Below, in pieces: positions 54,093 to 64,000 of a DNA stretch of 64,000 nucleotides. The position numbers were made by a program, and so were the translations under genes. The notes below the pieces were generated by a model, which made no database searches, had not been told where the DNA came from, and was given only the letters and a program-made list of their open reading frames with translations. The stretch lies in assembly GCA_964016885.1 (NCBI GenBank), contig OZ024741.1, forward strand, positions 30,752,001 to 30,816,000, given 5' to 3'. This stretch comes from Eledone cirrhosa. Lineage: Eukaryota. Position 1 is the first letter of the stretch, and each line of letters opens with the position of its first letter.

Positions 54093-54130
54093 CAAGTAAG
54101 TATGTTTTGAAACAGCGAGCAAGTTTGAAA

Positions 54131-54338
54131 TTAGAAAATAGATGCTCTCATCGTATTTTTTTACTAAAGAAATGTTAGCCTGATAGTGGGGTTAGAACCC
54201 TCAGAGAAATGGAAAAAGATGAGTATTGACCGTACATGTCAATACTCATCTTTTTCCATTCCTCTGAGGGTTCTAAACCCGACTATCAGGCAAAAATGTC
54301 TTTAGTCAAAAGATACGGTGAAAGCTTTTATTTTCTAA
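54131..54338. repeat. ~200-bp imperfect palindrome between (TA)n tracts
   Basis: Arms 54131-54230 and 54238-54338. Confidence 0.85.
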
Positions 54339-54392
54339 CATATATATATGCTTGTATATATATATATATACATATGCTCGTATATATATATG

Positions 54393-54448
<56 letters not shown>

Positions 54449-54455
<7 letters not shown>

Positions 54456-55803
54456 TAAAATAACAGATTAAAGTTTAAGCAAAGAATCGCTGCTTTCACC
54501 CTTAACGGGATCTTCTGAAACTAACAAAGTCAATCTGTAAACGCAGAACTGGATATTTCAAAAAACGTTGCAACCGGAGGAAGACAGGAAGACGATACTT
54601 TGGTTCGTGGTAACGTTCGCTGGCAAAGAACGGGAAAAAACGAATAATACGTCATTAATAGGAGCGGTGAAAAACAATTACGCTGTATTACAGCCCCACG
54701 TTATACCCTAACGGATAGCAAGATCTATACGTGGATATTTTACGTCTTGATATGGGAGCTAAGTATATGCTTTGTTTATTCCTTTACTTATTTGCATAGG
54801 TAAGTATATATTACCCGTATGTTTTGTGAAGGTATGTATACCTTCTCGTACGTATATTTGACTGTTATAGCGTATAATTTTTACATATTTTGGTATTTAG
54901 GGTTTGGATATGTGTATACGGGAGTTTTGCGTCCGCGTGAGTGTGCAGGTTCGTACGTATGGTGGGTGTGTGTATATGTGTACTTCTTGGTTTAGTTGAC
55001 TTACGTCTCCGAACATTCGTGTATTTATATGTAGGTATGCGTGTGCGCTTGTTATATACGTATTTATTTACTTATATACGTTTATATAATTATTTATTTA
55101 TTTGTACACAAGCATACACACACACACATATTTATATGTGCGTGGTTTTGTATACCCATGGTAAGGTTTTGCGTATGCTTGTGTATGTACGTATCTGTTC
55201 GCGTGTATGTATTTATTTGTTTCTATTACTTCTGTATTGTATTTATTTACTTTGTTCTTAACTCTGTATCGGAGATTCATTTGGTCTCCTAGTTAGAATT
55301 TTAGTCTACGATTTCTGCTATACCATTTACGTGGTTTTGTCTTTGCGTGCTATTGTTCTCCATGCTCCACATATGACTTATTATCTTCGTTTTTTCGTTC
55401 ATTGCCAGAGAACGTCTCTATGCACCACCTAAGAGAACATTAGTCTACGACCTCTTTTATACCATAAACGTGGTTTTGTCTTTGCGCGTAATTGTTTTTC
55501 GCCGCTCCTATTAATGACGTATTATTCGTTTTTTCCCGTTCTTTGCCAGCGAACATTACCACGAACCAAAGTATCGTCTTCCTGTCTTCCTCCGGTTGCA
55601 ACGTTTTTTGAAATATCCAGTTCTGCGTTTACAGATTGACTTTGTTAGTTTCAGAAGATCCCGTTAAGGGTGAAAGCAGCGATTCTTTGCTTAAACTTTA
55701 ATCTGTTATTTTAATAAATATTTGCTCTACGGTTCTTATATATTTGATATATATTTTCCTTATCGAGCCCTCTTTGGATTTTAGTCTTCAATTTTATTAT
55801 TAT

Positions 55804-55810
<7 letters not shown>
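54449..55810 (+). mobile_element. Non-coding element with ~235-bp terminal inverted arms (PLE-type fold-back)
   Basis: Arms 54449-54683 and 55486-55722; the same family forms a mini-hairpin at 49615-49735. Confidence 0.7.
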
Positions 55811-55848
<38 letters not shown>

Positions 55849-56014
55849 CCTGCGCCAAGCAGCCGAATGATATGATAAAATAATATATGTACCTGGAGAA
55901 TACAGGTAACCGAAACTGAGTGAAGGTGTATATAAATTTGTACATTTCAGATAAATAAAGCTGTAAACATACTAAATATATGTATTTTCCTGTAAATTGA
56001 TAATATAATAAATT

Positions 56015-56058
56015 CCTTGAATCGATTTCACATCCTAGTCGATTTTCTCATCAGAAAG
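56015..56058 (-). ncRNA. Minimal HHR, family I
   Basis: CTTT-CTGATGA-(weak stem II)-GAAATCGATTC-AAGG; the neighbouring 55843-55960 recurs at ~45255 and ~46138. Confidence 0.55.
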
Positions 56059-56566
56059 TGTGTAAATTTTCAAAACCACTTGGAAATAAGTTTTCAATGT
56101 GCTTATATACCCTACCAGCTCTTGGGGTCTCCTGAAATGGACGTACTAATGTTCATAGTATTAGAGCTCCTGATGAGAGGAATTTAAGATATATAATGAG
56201 ATGTATACTAATTTGCTGGAATAAATATTAACGTTATATCTCCCTCAATAAGGGTAACTGAGAATACGTAAATCTGTATGTAATTTCCGCAATACCTATA
56301 TTTAGCATACATATGCTGGCAGGTCTATATATAAAGAATGTTTAAATGTGTATATTCATTTATGCAATCTTGATTTCATTCGGTTTAAAATAATGTTTGT
56401 ATATAAAGGTTGGGTCTCTTATCTGGTCATTGAACCTATGAAAATTAGCAAATAACCCACATTTTATTATCTTAAAATGTAGCCGTCTTCGTGGCCTAGT
56501 GATAGGTATTATAGACGGTGGTGATCCTGGTCTGAGGTTTAATCTTGCTGTGAAACTTTCGGTTTA

Positions 56567-56757
56567 GGGCGGTGGATTGGCAGTATCGGTAGAGTCGGAC
56601 GCCATGCTTTGCAGCAAAGTGTTACGGCCTTTTATGATCTGTGTACGAATCCTGCTGAGGTTAAATTTGCCTTTCATCCTTACGGGGTCGATACATTAAA
56701 GTACCTGTAATACACTGGAATAATTGCTGGCCTTGTGCCCAAAGTAGAAACCATTAT
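56567..56757 (+). mobile_element. Meta-like tRNA SINE
   Basis: Homologous to 36068-36256. Confidence 0.8.
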
Positions 56758-57097
56758 CTTAAAATGCAAACACAATTATACACTTTAAAACAATTGTTCT
56801 CAGACAATCCTGTTCCGTATTTGCATTCAATTCTGGGGAGATTGGATCAGAATTATTCTACCCGTAACAACAGATATTTTTAAAGGGAATATCTAGGAAC
56901 ACATTACTTTGTTTAAAAAGATATGGTGTAATTTGGAGGTAATATCTTGCTGTTTCTGTGACAATTTTGAGAACTTACCTTCGTACATATTTGTCTGTAT
57001 ATATGTATATATTAACATATGAGGGTGTCGGTATGCATATATCTGATTATGTATGTATTTGTGTATGTATGTTATCTCTTTCTCTTAATTTCGAGTA

Positions 57098-60000
57098 TAT
57101 TTTTTTGACCGGCCACCTTCCTGGTGGCAAGGTTGTAAAAGAAAAGAAATTGTCATCGCTTGAATCGCAAGAATGTTTTGCAAATTTTGAAGGTGCCAGC
57201 TATCGCAGCCATTTTTAGACTATGAATTAGGGAGCTGCGCTTTTGTCCGCAAATCCAGGTTCAGTCATACTTTGGTCCAAGTGGGTTGGTATATAACCCG
57301 TAGCTCCAATAATGATAGGTATGAAGCTAAAGGTGTATCTTGGATACTGGATTTGTAAACTCCTCATCACTGGTCCGTAGATGTCTTCCTTCTCCTGTAT
57401 TTTTCTGACAACGTTTACATCAAGTGGGCAGCTGAACTCCACAACAGAACACGTTTTCAATGTATGGTCCCAAACAACAATATCAGGCCAGTTGTGCTTT
57501 AATTTGGTGGCAGTTTTTATTTTCAGTTTCCACCAGTATTCTTTAGTGCCATCTGTCTCAATATATTCTTCCTCGTTTGTTGTTAATTTTGTTTTCCGAA
57601 GTGCGTTCCAGATGGTTCTAGCTATCCCATCGTGTCTCATGGGGAGGTAATAGCGAGATGACATTCTTTCGCAGCTGGCAACAATGTGGCTTACATCCTC
57701 CAGATCAGTCGCTATTCTAATGATATTTTTATTTTCATGCTCATAAACCTGGGCAAGATGGTTGCCAACCTTTTTCCTCTGTTGAAGGTGTTGCTTCAGT
57801 GTTACTATCCGGGTCTCATATGTTGTTAATATGGATTTTAGACCCCGGCCACCTTCCTTGCGTGAGAAGTATAGCCTATCCACATCACCATTGATGTTAA
57901 ATTTCCCAGTAACACTGAGAAGTTTGCGAGTTCTAACATCCATCTCACTTAGTTCTTGCAATGACCAGTTCAGCAGGCCAAATGTTGGCGTTAGAATTGG
58001 CACAGCATAAGTATTGTGGGCAATGTATTTGTTGTACGCTGACAGTTCTGATGACCATATTTTCTTTACTCTTCTGAGGTATTCAGTTCTGGTTCTCTCC
58101 TTCTTTAGGGGTCCATAATATCTGACATTCTCATCCTGTCCAAGATATCTGTAGTTGTCACCTGACTGTAGAGGTTGTATTGTCAAGCCATTCATCTCTA
58201 GATTTCTAGAGGAGGGCACAGCTCTTCCACGTTTTACTGCCAAATATGCACACTTGGACTCACCAAATTTCATTTTGATGTCTGTTGAAAATTGTGTAAT
58301 GAGGTCCAATTGTTTCTTGATGTGATTGATTATTTGGCCCATACAACTTCAGGTCATCAACAAAGAAAAGATGGGAGATACTTCTGGACCCACTTCTTTG
58401 TCCACCTTGTTTCCTGAGCAGGTAAGATAGTGGATTTAGTGAGAGAACAAAGAGTAGCACTGACAAGCTATCACTCTGAAAGATGCCCTTCTGGTAATGT
58501 ATCTTATCAGTCTTAACTTGCTCCTTCTCTCCTCTAAGGATCAAATTGGTGTACCAGTTCTTGGTCAGGCGTTCAACAACAGCTACCAACTGTTGTGGGA
58601 CTTTGGCTAACTGTAAAGCCTTAATATTCCACCTATGAGGTACACTATCAAATGCTTTTTGATAGTCCAGAAACACCAGTCATGTTTCTGCTATTCTTTG
58701 TTGTTTTTTCCTGAATCATTTTATTAGTTAGTAGGTGATCTATGCAACCCCACACCTCCCTCTTTCCACCAGCTTGCTCAGGTGTTATGATGTTGGAGGT
58801 AGCACAGTGATCCTGTAAGAACAGGTTAAGGCACCCAGTATATAATTTATACATGATGTTTTGGCAGGCTATTGGGTGGTAATTTTTAGCAAGGGTGGTT
58901 TGGCTATTTTGGGGAATGAGGAGAGTAGTGGCAGTTGATAACCATCTGGGCAGTTCTTGTGTGCCTTTAATGGTTTCAGTAAACAGCCGTATGAGATCTT
59001 GCCGATAGAAAGTGAAATTCCTCAACCAGTATCCTGTAATGAGGTCTGGGCCTGGTGATTTCCTATTCGACATTTTCTGTAGAGCTGTTTCCAGTATTGA
59101 CCCTTCTATGTCATATTGTTTTGTCTGGACATGTTGGCAGTAGTCCTGTTGCAGTTCTTTTAGCCAATTAGTTTGTCTGTTGAATCCGTCATCCGTTTCC
59201 CATACAGATCTCCAGTAGCTCTCAACCTGTTCTTTTGAAGTGGTGTCATTTACAGGGATTGATCTGTTGCCACCGAAGCTGCGATAAACTGATTTAGGAT
59301 CTCTGGCAAACAATCTATTTAGCACTTGTCGTTTATATGCTGTCGACTTATATTTTAGTCTTTCTGTTGTAGCTGTGAGTTGTTGTTTCAACTGGTGTAA
59401 TTTGGAGTTTAAAGTTTTAAATTTTGTATCTCCAAATCGTCTCTCTAACTTTTTTTTTTGGTCTTCCTGGTGTCGTGTGAAGTTGCTCTCTATGTTGCAT
59501 TTCATAACGACTGCGATGTGTGAGATACTTCGTCTTAGGGACATCATTTTGCTTTTTAAATTTCGCATCCACGCTGGTTCAGGCTTTTTGTTTGTATCTT
59601 GATTGCGTGGTTTTAGATGTGTGTTATATGATAGCAACGTGACAGCTGAAACATATAGCAAAATATTAAGCGTTTCAAATATTGTTTCTACACCTTTAGA
59701 TCGTTTAGCCTTCAGATAATTGCCAGCTATTTCGTTCACCGCTTCCAATTCCAATTTAGTCGGTTCTTTACTGATTTTGGTGTTTTATGGTCTGTCACTC
59801 ACATTAAGGCTGTGTATCTCTTGAAACATATCGTTCCATATCACTTGTAAGGTGTCCACAAGTTTTTGGTGTTCTGTTTGTTCAGTAGAGTCATGAATTT
59901 CAGCCTCGTTGTTGATGTGGTGACAATTGCTACTAGAGTTAGCTGACCATTCTCGCTGTTCTTCAGTGGAAGTGGGATGAATTTCAGCAAAATTGTTGGT

Positions 60001-60340
60001 GAGCTGTTCACTGTTAGATTTAGCTGGCCATTCTCTTTGTCTGTCAGTGGAGGTGGGGTGGTTGTCTACAAGGGCTGTATTTGTAGTATCACTCAATTCC
60101 GTTAGATGTATCAATTTACATCTAATGATACGTTTTGCCTGTTCATTTAAATGCTTTGGAGAAAAGTCTAATTCTGGGTGTTTGGAGTTCCATCAAGTTT
60201 TTAGCTTTTGCATAAAACCAAACTTTTGGGGTTCAGATTGTTTGTATGCTTCATATAATTCTTTGTTAAGCTCGTAGCTCCACTGTATACAACGGTTGTA
60301 GTTGCGATTTGGTCGAAGGAGACTTGTACTTTTTGCCATG
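57098..60340 (-). mobile_element. Near full-length, decayed R4/Dong-clade LINE
   Basis: KSPGPD, EQAGG, DYQKAFDSVPH, GIFQSDSLS, FVDD, GGRGL, HIVASC, RHD, WPDIVVWD..EFSCP and IIIGATG; short A tail near 57100. Confidence 0.9.
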
Positions 60341-61663
60341 ATGAGTTCGTCTATCCACTAATATTTCGTATTTATTTTTCAAAATAGTCGATGATCTTCT
60401 TTAAAAGTTTTGACAAAGTTCTGTCAGAATCAAATTTAAAGTTATTCACAGCTTGGGTAATATTTCTTTTCAGTTAGTTTTTAATTCTACAACTGTGTTT
60501 TAAACCTTGTTCTTGAATCGTTTGAATCGAGAACAACAAGAACCGTTACTTAGTATATTTCTTTATGAATGTATTATAATATAACAACGCTGTATTTATA
60601 TGTTAAAGTTTATGTATCATTCATATAAATAGGTGTTCTACAACTTATTCACAACATATTCACAGTTCAAACACTTATGTTTTTGTTTCTGAATCGAAAA
60701 CGTTAATTGTATATTTCTTTATGAATGTAATATAACAACGTTGCATTTATATGTTAAAGTGTATGTATCGTTCATATATCATAAGTGTATGTATCGTTCA
60801 TATATCATAAGTGTATCTATCGTTCATATAAATAGGTGTTTTACAACACACTTACAGTTCAAACACTTATGTAGAATTATTGTATGTAATCTTACCGCGT
60901 AATGTAGCTCAACCTTTTCCAATATATGGTATGTTGCATTCATGTAAACCGTAATTACACACGTCCGATTATCGGACACTGACCACAACGGTCGCCATTG
61001 TATATGTTTGTATATATGTATGTATGTATGTATGCATGATTTTATGTATGTATGTATGTATGTATGTGTGTTTATATGAGATTACACTTCAGTGCTTTTA
61101 GTAACATGTAACCCAGTACAACCTGTGCAAGGTCTGGTCGGCAGCAACTAAACCTGCAACTCCACCAAGCTTGCTTCGGGAGGAATGTGTTTTTGAATGC
61201 CATGCGGGATGAAAAAGAAGACCTGTCAAAGGGCGGAGTAACTCAGGAGAGTCAACGGCCATCCAAAAAATAATTTGTTTCTTCTTTTGTGGAGCGAAAG
61301 AAGATCTCTCTGAAAGAAGGTCATTCTGATATAAAACCAGTGGCTTCGTTTGCATCCAATGTTGTTGACCAGTTCTACTTTTTGTGTAAATACATTCGAT
61401 ATTCAGTGAGTGGGATTAGACACGTGAAAAGCATTTTCTCACCTAAGACACCGCATGATATGTGACATATTTTGCGATGCATGGCAAGTCTCTACCAAGA
61501 CGAAAGAGCTACGCCCGTGATGCTCATGCTTGATTTCCACGCGAAGGCATTACTCGAAATCGAGTTTCACTCATCATGTATGTATGTATGTATGTATGTA
61601 TGTATGTATGTATGTATGTATGTATGTATGTATGTATGTATGTATGTATGTATGTATAGTATA

Positions 61664-61870
61664 TCTGGAGATCTCTCTGCACGTGTCATCACATGGTACC
61701 ATGGGCCCAGCACTATGTGTCAATAATTGTCACAAGTGTAGTGTTTGTACCAGAGTTTTCAAGTCGCTGGCTGGACTAAAAAGTCACACTCGTTCAGCGC
61801 ATCGGTAGGGGTTCTCCTACATGGATATAAAGTAGTGGCCGTACTCGAAAACGAGTTGGCAGCCACCATA
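61664..61870 (+). mobile_element. RTE-type LINE 3' end
   Basis: C2H2 finger CSVCTRVFKSLAGLKSHTRSAH, stop, then a short UTR with hairpin ACTCG AAAA CGAGT. Confidence 0.65.
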
Positions 61871-62549
61871 TATAGTATATCAGAGTCACCGCGGTCAGAG
61901 TCGCACTGTACTTTTAAAGCATATATTTTGTGTTGTTATACAAAGTACCTTTACGACAATAGAATGTAATTTGGCTGCTATATCTAGCAGATACAGCGTC
62001 TAAGTAGAAGAAACAAATTCGTATGTGCGTGCGTTCTTACGTTCGTATGCGAGTCCGTGTTTTCTTTTGTGTTTGTGTTTATGTCTGTGTATGTGTGTGA
62101 ATTTGTGTGTGGGTTTTTCATAAATAATAGAGTAAGCGTAAGAATACTTAGTAATCGACAGATAAAAACTTATATAAAGAAAGATAGACGTTACGCCAAA
62201 TAAGTGACTCTGTGTAAAAGGAAACTGGTAAATTACATGTATACAAGTTTACTTCCTTCTTAGTTAGCCGTCTGTAATGGTTGATAATAATTACTGTAAT
62301 GTTTGTGTTATATTTACTTTCAGGTCACCTCTAACATGCAGCCATTTTTGATGTTAACTTCATCCGACATCTATTGCTGTATCTTCTCTTGTTAACCAAC
62401 CTTGTAGTTTTTCTTGTTGGTGTAGTTGTCTTCTATGTTTTTTTAGATGTTGGTGGAATTGGTTTCAGTCTAATTATTTTTGCTTTCAATGAAATCTTTT
62501 CTGTCTCCAATGCATAATTGGGATTTTTCTTCTTTTTACGATTATGTCT

Positions 62550-62700
<151 letters not shown>

Positions 62701-62995
62701 TTAGGATTTATTACCAGCCATCGAAAATAACTACTGGTATTGCTGAGGTTTTCAACCATTTTGATTAGGTGCATACCATTTTCACGTTGGACATGTTTCG
62801 ATGTTGTACATATCTATAATAAGACGAGGTTAATCATTGTGGCATTTTGTGTATCTATTTTGTATTTGGTATTTATAAAATCTAGTCCTCTCTACTTAAT
62901 TATAATATACAATATGTGTATATATGTAGAATATCGAACACATCTATACACACACAAACATACACGTGTGTGAATATGTATCATACATGCATATG

Positions 62996-63059
<64 letters not shown>

Positions 63060-63097
63060 TTGCAAGGTTGTTTTTATCAAATCGTGTGTCGAAACAG

Positions 63098-63572
63098 ATA
63101 TTATACTTGGGGCGAGTCATATTGTTGTAATATTATTGCCAGAAATAATAACAGTACACACTCACTGTTTGGTTGATTTTCGCTTCTGTATCTTTTATAT
63201 CTCCATAGTTAATTTATTTGGCAATCAATGTTTATCATTGATTGAGCAACAGTTAAACATACAGATATAAATATATATATATAGTCTAACAAATTTCTTT
63301 CGTAGCACATAAAATAAAAATGGCGTAAATATTCATAATACAATAGGAAGAAACTTAATAGTAACACTGATGATGTTACAGATGTGCAACGCAAGACTAT
63401 ATATATATTTATACCTCTATTTTTAACCGTTGCTAAACATTGATTGCCAAATAAATTAACCATCGAGATATAAAAGATACAAAATCGAAGACCAACCAAA
63501 CAGTGAGTGTGTACTGTTATTATTTCTGGCCAATATTATTACAACAGTAAGACCCTCCCTCCCCGAGTACAA

Positions 63573-63573
<1 letters not shown>
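63098..63573. mobile_element. Older family G fold-back (two inverted pLTRs, no ORF)
   Basis: Arms ~63100-63280 and ~63395-63572 are homologous to 28400-28620; decayed HHR at 63367. Confidence 0.8.
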
Positions 63574-63947
<374 letters not shown>

Positions 63948-64000
63948 ATATATATAAGTATGTATGCGTGCATACACATATGTATACAGACGTACAGTAG

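Noticed and set aside
56165-56200. CTGATGA as another HHR
   Set aside because: No GAAA or stem II at suitable spacing.
60580-60870. Local duplications upstream of the R4 element (also diverged repeats at ~52400 and ~53420)
   Set aside because: AT-rich duplications with no assignable function.
62323-62530. Possible PLE endonuclease C-terminal remnant on the minus strand (QLCI.., LVNKRR..CR)
   Set aside because: Motifs are too short and in different frames.

Overview
Repeat-saturated, AT-rich eukaryotic DNA with no host gene I can recognise. The SINE types and extreme (TA)n/(CA)n content resemble an octopod cephalopod, but that is an inference. 1-17.1 kb: a head-to-tail array of four minus-strand L1/Tx1-clade LINE copies from divergent subfamilies, each bounded by (AAT)n; one copy is interrupted by a 2.1 kb R4/Dong-type fragment. 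17.1-64 kb: (TA)n/(CA)n tracts filled with Penelope-like (PLE) remnants and short non-coding fold-back or tandem elements. Reading by eye, I find about 18 complete-looking and several broken type I hammerhead ribozyme (HHR) motifs in about 12 sequence families; most families have their own palindromic stem III. Also present: a mariner-type MITE, a Tc1 remnant, a non-autonomous Helitron, Meta-domain-like tRNA SINEs, two more R4/Dong relics and an RTE 3' end. Most ORFs in the track beyond 17 kb are microsatellite artefacts. Coordinates were counted by hand and may be off by a few bases.
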